The notes: generated by a model from the letters alone, not told the origin. Counted from the first letter of the stretch, positions 9,757 to 20,442 are shown. The stretch: 61,055 nt of DNA from an uncultured Chitinophagales bacterium (GCA_964655225.1 CAZZMB010000001.1:37752-98806), one strand, 5' to 3'. Made by a program: numbers and translations.

Positions 9757-9817
9757 GAATAGGTTTTTTCTACAATTTCTTAACATTTTCTTCTTTTCAT
9801 TACAACTGAATTAAGCT

Positions 9818-9825
9818 TAACTTTG
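9818..9825 (+). promoter_or_regulatory. Candidate Bacteroidota sigma-A -7 box (TAACTTTG) for the PhoX-like gene
   Basis: Exact match to TAnnTTTG about 25 nt upstream of ATG 9851. Confidence 0.4.
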
Positions 9826-9850
9826 TTATACAGTAAAATAAAGTCTACTC

Positions 9851-11482
9851 ATGAAATATTCAAGAAGAAGTTTTTTAGAATTTTTAGGTAAAGGAAGTGT
9901 TGTTGGTGCTGCGAGTTTCGCACTTGCGCCTGTATTGCAGGCATGTCAAAGCGAAGTAATATCTCTGGGACCTGTAAGTTATGATGCACAAGTTGGCTTT
10001 AAGAGTATATCTGTTTTAAAAGATGATCAGGTGCGCTTGGCCGATGGTTTTACGCAGGAATTGTTAGTGAAGTTTGGCGATCCAATTAGTGATAAAGACT
10101 ATTTTGGTACGCACAATGATTATTTGGCATTTATTCCATTAAACGAAGATGGAAGCGAAGGAATTCTTTGGAGCAATCATGAGTATTTAGATCCTGTTCT
10201 CATGGGCACTTATGCACCAGCTGAAGCAAAAACTCTAGAACAGGTTGAAAAAGAGCAATATGTTGTGGGTGGCAGCTTAGTTCATGTGCAGTTGAATGCG
10301 CAAGGTTCTTGGTCGGTCAATAAGGAAAGTGAATTCAATAGAAGGTTAACGGCCAAAACAAGCATTCCTTTTTTATGGGATGAGCCTATAGATGGAAGTA
10401 TGGAAGCGATTGGGACATTTGCGGGCTGTGCTGGCGGGGTTACTCCATGGGGGACCATTCTTTCTTGTGAAGAAAATACGGCTCAATACTACGGTGAGTA
10501 TGTATATGATGAGATGAATGGAGCAGTTATTGACCGTTTACCAGGTGGGTATGGTTGGAAAAAATACTTTGATTATTCTCCTGAGCATTATGGATGGGTG
10601 GTCGAAATTAATCCTAAAACAGGCAAGGCTCATAAATTGGTCGCTTTAGGTAGATGTGCACATGAGTGCGCCACGATGCATCAGTTGGAAGATGGTCGCG
10701 TGGTAGTTTACTCAGGAGATGATGGGAATGATAGATGCTTGTATAAATATATATCCCACAAGCCCAATGATCTAAAAGATGGAACCCTTTACGTAGCAAA
10801 TATAGAGAAAGGGGAGTGGGTCAGTCTTAAATACGAGGATCATGCCATCCTTCAAGAGAAATTTAAAAGTCAAACTGAAGTCTTGGTTCGAATGCGAGAA
10901 GCCGCATATTTAGTTGGAGGATCTATGTTAAATAGACCGGAGGACATTGAGATAGACCCGGTGACAGGAGCCGTATTTATTAGTTTGACCAACAATAAAC
11001 CAAAAGGAGATCTACACGGATCAATAATGAAGTTGACCGAAGATAGTAAGGACAAGACAAGTTTAACTTTTAAAACAGAAACCTTTTTAGCAGGAAGTGC
11101 GGAAGCTGGTTTTTCAAGCCCAGATAATTTGGCCTTCGATTTACGGGGAAATCTATGGTTCACGACGGATGTTGGCGGATATACCTTGGGTGCTGGGGAA
11201 TATGGTTTTATGCCTTGTAATAGTTTGTTTTTAGTCCCTCGCAGTGGAGAAAGAGCTGGAGAGTTGATTCGGGTTGCAACTGCACCGAATGATGCCGAGT
11301 TTACTGGGCCTTATTTTCATCCCAATGGAAAATACCTCTTTCTGAGCGTACAGCATCCTGGTGAAACTTCTTCAAGTTTAGAAGATTTAGCCAGCCATTG
11401 GCCAGAAGGCGGGGATTCTACTCCACTTTCGGGAGTTATTGTGATAAGTGGTGAAAGCTTGGCTAATCTGCAGAATGTTTAG
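9851..11482 (+). CDS. phoX: PhoX-like (DUF839) alkaline phosphatase, Tat-exported
   Basis: 543 aa. Twin-arginine signal MKYSRRSFLEFLGKG with a lipobox-like LQAC. The body has the beta-propeller DUF839/PhoX pattern (NHEY.., CAGGVTPWGT.LSCEEN, NRPEDIE, FSSPDNLAFD, FTGP.FHPNG..LF.SVQHPGE). Confidence 0.8.
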   Translation: MKYSRRSFLEFLGKGSVVGAASFALAPVLQACQSEVISLGPVSYDAQVGFKSISVLKDDQVRLADGFTQELLVKFGDPISDKDYFGTHNDYLAFIPLNEDGSEGILWSNHEYLDPVLMGTYAPAEAKTLEQVEKEQYVVGGSLVHVQLNAQGSWSVNKESEFNRRLTAKTSIPFLWDEPIDGSMEAIGTFAGCAGGVTPWGTILSCEENTAQYYGEYVYDEMNGAVIDRLPGGYGWKKYFDYSPEHYGWVVEINPKTGKAHKLVALGRCAHECATMHQLEDGRVVVYSGDDGNDRCLYKYISHKPNDLKDGTLYVANIEKGEWVSLKYEDHAILQEKFKSQTEVLVRMREAAYLVGGSMLNRPEDIEIDPVTGAVFISLTNNKPKGDLHGSIMKLTEDSKDKTSLTFKTETFLAGSAEAGFSSPDNLAFDLRGNLWFTTDVGGYTLGAGEYGFMPCNSLFLVPRSGERAGELIRVATAPNDAEFTGPYFHPNGKYLFLSVQHPGETSSSLEDLASHWPEGGDSTPLSGVIVISGESLANLQNV

Positions 11483-11516
11483 TGCTCGAAATTTTAATAT
11501 AGCTCTGAAGATTGTT

Positions 11517-11524
11517 TATCTTTG
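11517..11524 (+). promoter_or_regulatory. Candidate -7 box (TATCTTTG) for lpdA
   Basis: Exact TAnnTTTG about 25 nt upstream of ATG 11550. Confidence 0.4.
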
Positions 11525-11549
11525 CAGCTCAAACTAAAGAAAATTTTCT

Positions 11550-12944
11550 ATGAATTATGATCTCATTGTTTTAGGTAGTGGACCTGGCGGATATGTTACT
11601 GCGATTCGCGCTTCCCAACTAGGATTGAAAACAGCGGTTATTGAAAAAGAATCATTAGGCGGTGTTTGTTTAAATTGGGGGTGTATACCTACCAAAGCTC
11701 TTCTAAAGAGTGCACAAGTATTTGAATACATCAATCATGCGGATGATTATGGGATTTCAGTTGATGGTGCTTCAGCTAATTTTGGTGATATGATCACTCG
11801 AAGTAGAGGAATAGCCGAAGGAATGAGTAAAGGGGTGCAGTTCCTGATGAAAAAGAACAAGATTGATGTTATAATGGGTTACGGTACTCTTCAGCCGGGC
11901 AAACAGGTCGAGGTGAAAAATGATAAGGGAGAGTCTAAAACTTATGCTGCAAATCATATTGTTGTAGCGACAGGTGGAAGAAGTCGATCTGTTCCAGGTT
12001 TGGAGCAAGATGGAAAGAAAATAATCGGCTATCGCGAAGCGATGAGTTTAAAAGATCAACCGAATAAAATGGTTGTTGTAGGGTCAGGTGCTATTGGTGT
12101 TGAGTTTGCTTATTTCTACAATTCTCTCGGTACGGAAGTAACTATCGTTGAATATCTAGATAAAATCGTTCCAAGAGAGGACAAAGACATCTCTAAGGAA
12201 TTGGCTAAAGTATTGAAAAAGAAAGGAATTAAGATCGTGACAGGTTCTGCTGTGCAAGCAGTTGATACGAGTGGTGATTTATGTCAGGTAAAAGTAAAGG
12301 ATAATAAGTCAGGCAAGGAATCTGAATTGACTTGCGATATTGTTCTTTCCGCAGTTGGCGTGATACCAAATACTGATAATATCGGACTAGAAAATGTGGG
12401 TATTGCCTCAGATAGGGGATTAGTCACGGTGGATGAGCATTACCGTACCAATATTGAAGGATACTATGCTATTGGTGATATTGTCCCTGGAGCTGCTTTA
12501 GCGCACGTAGCTTCTGCCGAAGGGATTTTGTGTGTAGAAAGTATTGCTGGTCATAAAATTGAAGCGTTGGACTATAACAATATACCATCTTGTACTTATT
12601 GTATTCCTGAAATAGCATCAGTGGGCTATACGGAAGAGGAGGCAAAAGATGCTGGTTATGAAATTAAAGTAGGTAAGTTTCCTTTCTCTGCTTCAGGTAA
12701 AGCAAGTGCGGCTGGAGTTAAAGAAGGCTTTGTAAAAGTAATTTATGATGCTAAGTACGGTGAATGTCTTGGAGCTCATATGGTTGGTGCGAATGTTACT
12801 GAAATGATTGCTGAAATAGTTGTGGCTAGGAAACTAGAAACAACTAGCCATGAAATTCTTAAAGCGGTTCATCCTCATCCAACAATGAGCGAAGCGGTTA
12901 TGGAGGCTACAGCAGCAGCTTACGATGAGGTGATTCATTTATAG
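11550..12944 (+). CDS. lpdA: Dihydrolipoyl dehydrogenase (E3 component)
   Basis: 464 aa. FAD-binding VLGSGPGGY, redox-active disulfide GGVCLNWGCIPTK, C-terminal HPHPTMSEA interface motif. Confidence 0.94.
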   Translation: MNYDLIVLGSGPGGYVTAIRASQLGLKTAVIEKESLGGVCLNWGCIPTKALLKSAQVFEYINHADDYGISVDGASANFGDMITRSRGIAEGMSKGVQFLMKKNKIDVIMGYGTLQPGKQVEVKNDKGESKTYAANHIVVATGGRSRSVPGLEQDGKKIIGYREAMSLKDQPNKMVVVGSGAIGVEFAYFYNSLGTEVTIVEYLDKIVPREDKDISKELAKVLKKKGIKIVTGSAVQAVDTSGDLCQVKVKDNKSGKESELTCDIVLSAVGVIPNTDNIGLENVGIASDRGLVTVDEHYRTNIEGYYAIGDIVPGAALAHVASAEGILCVESIAGHKIEALDYNNIPSCTYCIPEIASVGYTEEEAKDAGYEIKVGKFPFSASGKASAAGVKEGFVKVIYDAKYGECLGAHMVGANVTEMIAEIVVARKLETTSHEILKAVHPHPTMSEAVMEATAAAYDEVIHL

Positions 12945-13025
12945 GTTTTGTAATATTAGTGCGCTCAGAAGGACTTCCTGAAGATACTGACTTAGCGATT
13001 TTATCAAGAATCTCATTCAATTGCA

Positions 13026-14072
13026 TCAACTTTCTGCATCGTAGTATATTTTGTAGAACTTGCCTTTTTCGTCACTTTGCTTCTCTATAAGGTCGTGATT
13101 GCCATGTACATATATGTGAAAGTTCTTGTCTAATTTTATCACACTTCTTAAATAACGAGCATTTTTTTTGTAGGCATTTGGTGAAACAAAAAATTGGGTA
13201 TCCAAAGCTTGCTTATTCTCTTCTACATACTCTTCCTTGTAAGCTTTAAACTCATCGATAATCTCTTTATTGCTAAAGAATATACGGTCTTCATAATCCT
13301 CATCCTCAAATCGTTCAACACGCTTAAAATATTCCTTACTTCGGTTTAAAATACCTGCCTGCTCAAACTTTTCCAACTCAAATTCTGGACCCAATCTTTC
13401 TTTGATAAATGAAGATGTTAAATTAATGATGTTCTTCGTATTGTGATAGTCGTCGTTTTTTGCTTTTAAATTCAAAAAATCGTCTTTCCAATATTGAGCT
13501 TCGTTATTCTTGTTCCCTTTATCTACAATACAAACCTTATATCCGTCACTTTCGTCATCATTAAGTATCAAACACCCTTTGTCTAGTTTCTCAACATTAA
13601 CGCCTTGTTCGTAGCCTAGTTTAATCTGCTTAGCTTCATGTTTAAACTGAAGAAATGCATCTTTAGATTCTGATTTGAATATTCCTATAGCATCCTGCAT
13701 TTGCTCGTCTATTACTAGGTCTTTGATATAAGCGATCATTAAATCTCCTGGCTTAATATTCGGGTGACTACTTTGCTCATATAGGTGCTTCGCAATGAAA
13801 ACAGATTGATTATGCAATAGCTCAGGATCTCTGAATATTGCTCTTGCAAAGTTGAACATTGGATTCAAGGTGACATCTTCATTACTAAAGGTAAATCCAT
13901 AAAATTCAGGCTCCTTAAAACTCTTAAAGAAATATTTAAAAAGTAGTTCTTTCAGTACATCATCATCTAAGGTGATTCCAGCTGTTGAAATATTGATTCC
14001 TTCATTTTCATTTTTTACACCAATGCCATGTACGGAAACATTTGCTAATTGAGCTACTTGGAGGTTTATCAT
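13026..14072 (-). CDS. Nucleoid-associated protein, NdpA/YejK-like (NA37 family)
   Basis: 348 aa, charged, no signal peptide. The N-terminal pattern (L..VSVHGIG.K...EGI..S...I.LDD.V...L..YF) and overall size recall the Bacteroidota NdpA-like family. Assignment from memory only. Confidence 0.55.
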   Translation of the reverse strand: MINLQVAQLANVSVHGIGVKNENEGINISTAGITLDDDVLKELLFKYFFKSFKEPEFYGFTFSNEDVTLNPMFNFARAIFRDPELLHNQSVFIAKHLYEQSSHPNIKPGDLMIAYIKDLVIDEQMQDAIGIFKSESKDAFLQFKHEAKQIKLGYEQGVNVEKLDKGCLILNDDESDGYKVCIVDKGNKNNEAQYWKDDFLNLKAKNDDYHNTKNIINLTSSFIKERLGPEFELEKFEQAGILNRSKEYFKRVERFEDEDYEDRIFFSNKEIIDEFKAYKEEYVEENKQALDTQFFVSPNAYKKNARYLRSVIKLDKNFHIYVHGNHDLIEKQSDEKGKFYKIYYDAES

Positions 14073-14127
14073 AGGTTTATTTTAGGAGCGTAAAATTAGA
14101 ACTAATTCTAGCAAGAATGGCAGGATT

Positions 14128-14820
14128 TCAAATCCCTCTTTCCACAATTTCTAAGCCTCTTTGGAAATCGATCGAGTAGGGGGCACTAATCTGAATCACT
14201 TTATTGCTGAGTGGGTGCGGGAATTCCAGTTGCTTGGCATGAAGCATCATAGTGTCTAGCTTAAATACATCTTTCCAATACTTGTTTTGTTTATTACATC
14301 CATGGGGGCGATCGCCAATTATAGGGTGCATGAGGTGGGCCATATGCTTCCTCAGTTGGTGATAACGTCCGGTTTGGGGGTAAAGCTCTACTAAGGAATA
14401 CCTCGAAGTAGGAAACATACCTAAATCGATGCATATTTCGAATTGATTTAAGACTTTATACCGAGTTATTGCATCTTGTTTTTTTCCCTTTAAGTTGGTT
14501 AAAGTATAATTAATTTCTCCTTCAGGCTCCAGATAACCGCGGACAATAGCATGATACGTCTTTTTAACTTGATCATTGGCAAACAACATTTGACTTGGTC
14601 CATCCAATTCTTTTTGTAAAGAAAAGAGCAATATGCCACTGGTCTTTTTATCTAAGCGATGCGCTGGATATACTTTTTGTCCAATTTGATCGCGTAATAA
14701 TTGCAGGGCAAATTGTTCATCATTACGATGTATTTTAGACGAATGTACAGCAAGGCCATGTGGTTTGTTAACCGCTATGATTGCTTCATCTCTGTATAGT
14801 ATGTTAAAACTTTCAGGCAT
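14128..14820 (-). CDS. RluA-family pseudouridine synthase (TruC/RluA-like, no S4 domain)
   Basis: 230 aa. Catalytic-Asp motif HRLDKKTSGILLF, then KTYHAIVRG and HQLRKHMAH. Confidence 0.86.
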   Translation of the reverse strand: MPESFNILYRDEAIIAVNKPHGLAVHSSKIHRNDEQFALQLLRDQIGQKVYPAHRLDKKTSGILLFSLQKELDGPSQMLFANDQVKKTYHAIVRGYLEPEGEINYTLTNLKGKKQDAITRYKVLNQFEICIDLGMFPTSRYSLVELYPQTGRYHQLRKHMAHLMHPIIGDRPHGCNKQNKYWKDVFKLDTMMLHAKQLEFPHPLSNKVIQISAPYSIDFQRGLEIVERGI

Positions 14821-15989
14821 TATTTCAGGTATTTTCCCTCACTCTTTAAAGCGGTGAGGCTTTCATATAAGTACGCCAATTCTTTCTCTTGATTATAGGC
14901 TTGAAAAGAGATGCGGATGAAAAAATCCTTCGCTCTATTAGTGATAGGAATTTCAATTTTATATTGATTGTACAATACTTCTTTCAACTCGAATGGAAGT
15001 GGTGTGGAGATCGGTACACTACAGATTTGTCCTAGAAAATCATTGTTTACTGGACAGATAGGCTTAGTTTCTAGTAAATTACAAAACAATGGATACCAGC
15101 GATGTAAGATCTCTTTTGCTTCCTGAGTCTTTTGCTTCCATTGCTGCTTTTCCCAAAAATCAGCAAGTGAAGGAAGACATAAGAATGCGGATGAATCTCG
15201 TGTGCCTGTATATTCATGATAGTCCAAAAATTGACTATGACTGGGAAATTCACTCGCATAGCCCCAGGACACGATTAACGGATCAAGAAGGTCTTGGTTC
15301 TGCTTTTTAACATGAAGAAATGAACATCCCTTTGGGGCCAAATACCATTTATGCAATGCGCCAGTATAATAGTCTGCATTTAACAGATCTAAATTCAATG
15401 GAATATGACCGGGAACATGTGCTCCATCAATGAGGGTTGTTATGCCCAGAATATTTGCCTTTTCACAAATCTCCTTAACTGGAAGTATTAGCGCGGTAGC
15501 ACTAGTTATATGGCTGATGAAAATCACTTTTGTTCTTGGGGTTAATCCCGACCAAAAGCGTTCTAAGAAATCCTCTTTTGAGCTTATGGGAAGAGGAATG
15601 TGTTGCCGAATATATTTAGCTCCGGTTTGCTTACATCTAAAATCCCATGTTTTATCCATAGCGCCGTATTCCAGATCCGTACTTAATATCTCATCTCCAG
15701 CTTCCAGTTTTAAACTTTTTATTACTGTGTTAAAGGCGGTGGAAGGATTTGGGGTTAAAAAGAAATCATCCACTGAACAATGAAATTTTTCAGCAAATAC
15801 TTCTTTGGATCTTCTGTAAGCTTCAATTCCTGTCTTAGTGATAAACTGAATAGGCTCTTGTTCTAATTTCACTTGCCATTGCTGATAATCTTGAAAGACA
15901 GGAAGAGGGCAAGCACCAAATGAACCATGGTTTAAGAAAGTGATTCTAGGATTTAACTGAAAAAGTTCTTTAAGTTCCGATGTTGACAT
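14820..15989 (-). CDS. Class V aminotransferase-fold PLP enzyme (cysteine desulfurase / isopenicillin-N epimerase-like)
   Basis: 389 aa. FLNHGSFG N-terminus, IDGAH and ADYYTGALHKW (PLP-Lys). Its stop overlaps the downstream start by 1 nt (TAATG). Confidence 0.8.
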   Translation of the reverse strand: MSTSELKELFQLNPRITFLNHGSFGACPLPVFQDYQQWQVKLEQEPIQFITKTGIEAYRRSKEVFAEKFHCSVDDFFLTPNPSTAFNTVIKSLKLEAGDEILSTDLEYGAMDKTWDFRCKQTGAKYIRQHIPLPISSKEDFLERFWSGLTPRTKVIFISHITSATALILPVKEICEKANILGITTLIDGAHVPGHIPLNLDLLNADYYTGALHKWYLAPKGCSFLHVKKQNQDLLDPLIVSWGYASEFPSHSQFLDYHEYTGTRDSSAFLCLPSLADFWEKQQWKQKTQEAKEILHRWYPLFCNLLETKPICPVNNDFLGQICSVPISTPLPFELKEVLYNQYKIEIPITNRAKDFFIRISFQAYNQEKELAYLYESLTALKSEGKYLK

Positions 15990-16209
15990 TATGAATTACT
16001 TAGTTTAAGCATTAAATTTATATAAATTAACTTAGAGTATAATGATAGAACAGTTATTCAACTTCATTTCAAAGCAACAAGAAATTTTGGTGCTTGGAGT
16101 TTTATTATTGTTTTCAAGTATTTAAAGTTATTTTCAATATGTAATAATAGCCATAATAGTCTGAAAAATAAAAAATTAGATAAATTTATAGTAATTTCAC
16201 TTTAAGCAT

Positions 16210-17562
16210 ATGTTTACCAGTTTGAATCCATATAACAATGAAGTTTTAGCTTCCTATGAAGTGATTAGTTCAAGACAAATGCATCATAAAGTAGATGTAT
16301 CTGACAAGGCTTTTCGATCATGGAAAATGGTCAGTCTTGCTGAGCGATTAAGTTTATTGAAAAGGCTTGCGGACATTTTACGCAAGCATCAAGAATCCTA
16401 TGCGCTTATGATTACACAAGAAATGGGTAAACCTATTTATGAGTCAAGGGCAGAAATTGCTAAATGTGTCTGGGTATGTGATTATTATGCGGCTAATTCG
16501 GTAGAATTCTTGGCAGACAAGCGTATTGCAACGGATGCCTCGAAAAGTTATGTTCGAATTGAACCTATAGGCATTATTTTGGCTATTATGCCATGGAATT
16601 TTCCGTTTTGGCAAGTATTTCGATTTGCAGTACCCACGCTAAGTGTAGGGAATACAGTCATGCTTAAACATGCACCTAATGTAATGGGATGTGCTTTTTT
16701 GATTGAAGATATTTTCCGAAAGGCGGGTTATTCTGAAAGTGTTTTTCAGACTTTGGCTGTGTCCCATGAGCAAACAGAAGAATTGTTATCTAGAGAGGAG
16801 GTAAGAGCGGTTAGTTTAACGGGGAGTGAGCAGGCAGGAACTGCTATTGCTCAAATTGCCGGGAAAAATCTAAAGAAATGCGTACTCGAATTGGGTGGGA
16901 ATAATGCATTTATAGTTCTACATGATGCCGATTTGGAATTAACCATTCGAACAGCGGTAAAAGCACGTATGTTGAATTCAGGGCAAAGTTGTATTGCTGC
17001 CAAGCGCTTCATCGTGGTTGAAGCGATTTACGATGAATTTGTCCTTGGATTTAAAAATGCGCTTAAACAGCTTAAATATGGTGATCCTATGGATGAATCG
17101 ACTGATTATGGTCCTCTAGCTAGGCGTGACTTAGCGGAAGAATTACAAGATCAGTTGAAAAAATCTATTGCAAAAGGAGCCAAATTGGAGCTTGGCGGAT
17201 TGCAGGTAGAGGCCATGCATGAATTGACTTTAATTACAGGAGTGAAGCCGGGGATGCCTGCTTTTGATGAAGAAACATTTGGTCCCTTGGTTGCTGTAAT
17301 TCAAGCTAAAGATGAGCATGAGGCTATTCAATTAGCAAGTCGCACTAAGTTTGGATTAGGCTTAAGTATTTTTTCAAATGATACCAAGCGGGCAGAGGCT
17401 TTAGTCCCTTTGTTTGAAGATGGAGCAGTATTTATAAATGATTTAGTTAAATCTGATCCTCGTTTACCTTTTGGAGGGACTAAACTTTCTGGCTACGGTC
17501 GAGAGCTATCAAAAGAAGGAATATTAGAATTTGTGAACAAGAAGACGGTTTATATTAAATAA
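16210..17562 (+). CDS. NAD(P)-dependent aldehyde dehydrogenase (succinate-semialdehyde dehydrogenase-like)
   Basis: 450 aa. Catalytic Glu motif VLELGGNNAF, catalytic Cys motif GQSCIAAKRF, EETFGP and PFGG.K.SG.GRE motifs. Confidence 0.88.
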   Translation: MFTSLNPYNNEVLASYEVISSRQMHHKVDVSDKAFRSWKMVSLAERLSLLKRLADILRKHQESYALMITQEMGKPIYESRAEIAKCVWVCDYYAANSVEFLADKRIATDASKSYVRIEPIGIILAIMPWNFPFWQVFRFAVPTLSVGNTVMLKHAPNVMGCAFLIEDIFRKAGYSESVFQTLAVSHEQTEELLSREEVRAVSLTGSEQAGTAIAQIAGKNLKKCVLELGGNNAFIVLHDADLELTIRTAVKARMLNSGQSCIAAKRFIVVEAIYDEFVLGFKNALKQLKYGDPMDESTDYGPLARRDLAEELQDQLKKSIAKGAKLELGGLQVEAMHELTLITGVKPGMPAFDEETFGPLVAVIQAKDEHEAIQLASRTKFGLGLSIFSNDTKRAEALVPLFEDGAVFINDLVKSDPRLPFGGTKLSGYGRELSKEGILEFVNKKTVYIK

Positions 17563-17623
17563 ATGTCTGAGCTTATAAAACTCATGTTAGTGAATTACCG
17601 AGAGATACTATTTTAAACAAAAA

Positions 17624-17652
17624 AAGCGCTTGGTTTCTTCAACCAAGCGCTT
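17624..17652. terminator. Bidirectional stem-loop terminator between the convergent aldehyde dehydrogenase and slyD-like genes
   Basis: 12-bp perfect stem AAGCGCTTGGTT / AACCAAGCGCTT with a 5-nt loop. An A-run lies upstream, which is a T-run for the minus-strand transcript, and TTT lies downstream. Confidence 0.7.
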
Positions 17653-17675
17653 TGAAGAATTAATATCTAAATGAA

Positions 17676-18107
17676 TTAACTGTTTATAGAAACTACTTCT
17701 ATATCAAAAGTTAAATCCTTTCCAGCTAGTGGATGGTTGCCATCAACGAGAATAGTTTCTTCTCTGACTTCTGCAATAGTAAAGTGCATTTCTTGACCTT
17801 CTGGTGTTTGAGATACTAAAGGCATTCCAACTTCTGGCTTAATTTCAGCAGGTAATTGACTTTTTTGAACTTCATGCATCATTTCGTCTTGACGAGGTCC
17901 ATATGCTTCATTACTAGGAATATTTATTGTTTTTTTCTCACTCACTTTCATATCAATCAATCCAGCTTCGAAACCTGGGATCAATTGTCCTTGCCCTAAA
18001 GTTAATTTCAAAGGCTCACGCTCTATCGAACTGTCAAATATTTGCCCGTCAGCTAGAGTTCCTGTGTAATGCACTTCAACGGTGTCATTGTTTTTGATTT
18101 TTGTCAT
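17676..18107 (-). CDS. slyD: FKBP-type peptidyl-prolyl cis-trans isomerase (SlyD-like, with IF insert)
   Basis: VEVHYTGTL.DGQIFDSS, GQLIPGFEAGL and NHPLAGKDLTFDIEVV motifs. Start set at MTKIKNND (18107) rather than the ORF maximum (18128). Confidence 0.85.
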   Translation of the reverse strand: MTKIKNNDTVEVHYTGTLADGQIFDSSIEREPLKLTLGQGQLIPGFEAGLIDMKVSEKKTINIPSNEAYGPRQDEMMHEVQKSQLPAEIKPEVGMPLVSQTPEGQEMHFTIAEVREETILVDGNHPLAGKDLTFDIEVVSINS

Positions 18108-18208
18108 GTTGTAATTTTTGATGCGCAAATGCGCTGTATTTGTTAATAAGCTGCAAAGGACGGGGTTTTTAAAACAAGAAACAAGTATTTAAAGCTTTTT
18201 GATAATAG

Positions 18209-20014
18209 TTATGCTTGGCTAAACTCCCGAAGCAATTCGATGAATCTTTTCCCGTATACATCATGCTTACGTTGCCCTACACCATTGATCTCTAAGAATT
18301 CTGCTTTGTTTGTAGGTTGAACTTCAGCGATCTCTTTTAAGGTTGCATCATTGAAGACTAAATAGGCTGGTATACTTTCTTCCACAGCAATTTCCAATCG
18401 CAATAGTCTTAATTTCTCAAATAAGCTTTCATCCTGTTGTGGTTCTGTAAATTGTGTTTGCTGATTAGCTTTGGTACCTGTTTTTCGTTTGAGAACAGCT
18501 AAAGCTTTCGTCAATTTAACCGATCTTCCTTTAAACAATATCTGGTGTGAAAGAGTGGTCATTTTCAGGCTATTATGTTCGTGAAAAGCAATTTCACAAT
18601 ATCCTTGATTCATCATTTGAATGATATATTGTTGCCAATCCATATCAGTTAATTCTCTACCAATCCCATAGCTTTTCAAGTGATGATAACCTTTTTGAAT
18701 AACACTACTACTACCTGAGCCCCTCAATACAGCGATAACCATACCCATAGGTTCTTTTTCTTCCAAACGATAAATTACGGAAAGAATTTTTTGGGCATAT
18801 GCTGTCCCATCTATAAATTGTGGAGGATTTTTACAGATATCACAATTCCCGCAATCTTTTTCTAAAATTTCACCAAAATAACTGAGTAGCGTTTTTCTCC
18901 TGCAAGTTTTTGCTTCTGCAAATTGCTTCATTCTGTCCAATTTCGCCGTTTGAACCTTCGCATTGCTTGCACCTTGAATAAATCTTTTGAGTTGGATGAT
19001 ATCTGCATAACTATAAAAAAGTAGGGCAGTTGCCGCTAAACTATCTCTACCAGCTCTACCAATTTCTTGGTAATAACCTTCTATATTTTTTGGTAAATTG
19101 TAGTGAATGACCCAACGCACATTGGATTTATCGATACCCATTCCAAATGCAATAGTAGCGCATACAATTTGGGTTCGATCATAAATAAAATCTTCTTGCA
19201 CTTGATTGCGCTTATCATGACTTAGACCAGCATGATAATAGCTTGCATTGATCTTAGCAGCTTTCAATTTACTTGCCAAATCCTCACAAGACTTTCTGCT
19301 TAAGCAATACACAATACCTGATTCTTGAGACTTTTGCTTAACAAAGTCTATAATTTGCTGAATGCGCTTATTAGAGGGCCTTACGTTTAAACTGATATTT
19401 TTTCGATCGAAAGAACTTAGAAAAAGCTTTGCATTTGGAATACATAATTGCTTTGCAATATCTTGCCTTGTTGCTTTGTCTGCAGTTGCAGTAAGGGCAA
19501 CAATAGGGGTGTTAGGTAATTTATCTTTTAAATAGCCTAATTGTTGATATGAAGGTCTAAAATCATGTCCCCAAGAAGAAATACAATGTGCTTCATCGAT
19601 GGCAACGCATGAGACGTATTCTTCGTCTAAAATATTTTTTAACAAACTGAGGCTTTCAGGTGCAACATAAAGAAGTTTTAAACTTCCATCTATTACTTGA
19701 TTGATGATGGCTTCTTGTTCTTCAGCTTGCTGAGAACTGTTATAAAAGTTAGCTTCAATTCCATTCGCTTTTAAGCCATCAACTTGATCTTTCATTAAAG
19801 CAATCAATGGAGAAATAACGATGGTTAACTTAGGGAATAGTAAGGCGGGTAATTGAAAACAGATAGATTTGCCACCTCCCGTAGGCATAATGACTAAGGT
19901 ATCTTCTTTCCGCAAGATGGTTTCAATAATTTCTTGTTGCTGATCCCTGAATTCTTCGTACCCAAAGTAATGTTTGAGTGCTGCGTGCATTTCTGTAGCG
20001 CTATTTTTTGACAT
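18209..20014 (-). CDS. recQ: ATP-dependent DNA helicase RecQ
   Basis: 601 aa. Walker [13 protein letters not shown] box [19 protein letters not shown], RecQ Zn-finger [20 protein letters not shown]-terminal HRDC-like [34 protein letters not shown]. Confidence 0.93.
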   Translation of the reverse strand: MSKNSATEMHAALKHYFGYEEFRDQQQEIIETILRKEDTLVIMPTGGGKSICFQLPALLFPKLTIVISPLIALMKDQVDGLKANGIEANFYNSSQQAEEQEAIINQVIDGSLKLLYVAPESLSLLKNILDEEYVSCVAIDEAHCISSWGHDFRPSYQQLGYLKDKLPNTPIVALTATADKATRQDIAKQLCIPNAKLFLSSFDRKNISLNVRPSNKRIQQIIDFVKQKSQESGIVYCLSRKSCEDLASKLKAAKINASYYHAGLSHDKRNQVQEDFIYDRTQIVCATIAFGMGIDKSNVRWVIHYNLPKNIEGYYQEIGRAGRDSLAATALLFYSYADIIQLKRFIQGASNAKVQTAKLDRMKQFAEAKTCRRKTLLSYFGEILEKDCGNCDICKNPPQFIDGTAYAQKILSVIYRLEEKEPMGMVIAVLRGSGSSSVIQKGYHHLKSYGIGRELTDMDWQQYIIQMMNQGYCEIAFHEHNSLKMTTLSHQILFKGRSVKLTKALAVLKRKTGTKANQQTQFTEPQQDESLFEKLRLLRLEIAVEESIPAYLVFNDATLKEIAEVQPTNKAEFLEINGVGQRKHDVYGKRFIELLREFSQA

Positions 20015-20370
20015 TTATTTTCATTGAAATGCTAATTTAGAACTTTAGGATTCATTTATTCGTTTGATTTACGGATAAATTAAATTGTGCGTGGTATGTA
20101 AAAGTAGTTTAGTCTAATTTCATGAAGTCTAATTGTATTTTATCGAAGCCTCTATAAATAGCTAATATAATTTCGGTCGCCATATAGTTTCGTAAACTAT
20201 TGATCTGATTGCATATAGGCTAAATAGTTGTTCGATACATTAATCCTATAATTTATATTATGTTAAATAGAGTTTGGGAAGATCCTTCCTCCTTCTCTTT
20301 TTAAAAATGGCTATTCGCAGTTGGCCTTAGTTCCATTCAATGAATCAAGCCATATGAAAGGCTATAACAA

Positions 20371-20403
20371 AAAGAGACCTAGTAAATTTTACTAGGTCTC
20401 TTT
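20371..20403 (-). terminator. Rho-independent terminator downstream of the TPR gene
   Basis: Stem AAAGAGACCTAGT / ACTAGGTCTCTTT. On the minus strand it is followed by TTTTTG. Confidence 0.7.
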
Positions 20404-20442
20404 CACGGATGCCAACCATCCCTAAGTTAATTAGTTTGCCTT

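Noticed and set aside
16042-16125. 27-codon ORF (MIEQLFNFISKQQEILVLGVLLLFSSI) in the divergent spacer upstream of the aldehyde dehydrogenase gene
   Set aside because: The hydrophobic tail is suggestive of a small membrane peptide. However, ORFs of this size arise by chance in AT-rich spacers. There is no TAnnTTTG box in a suitable position, and conservation cannot be judged without other genomes.
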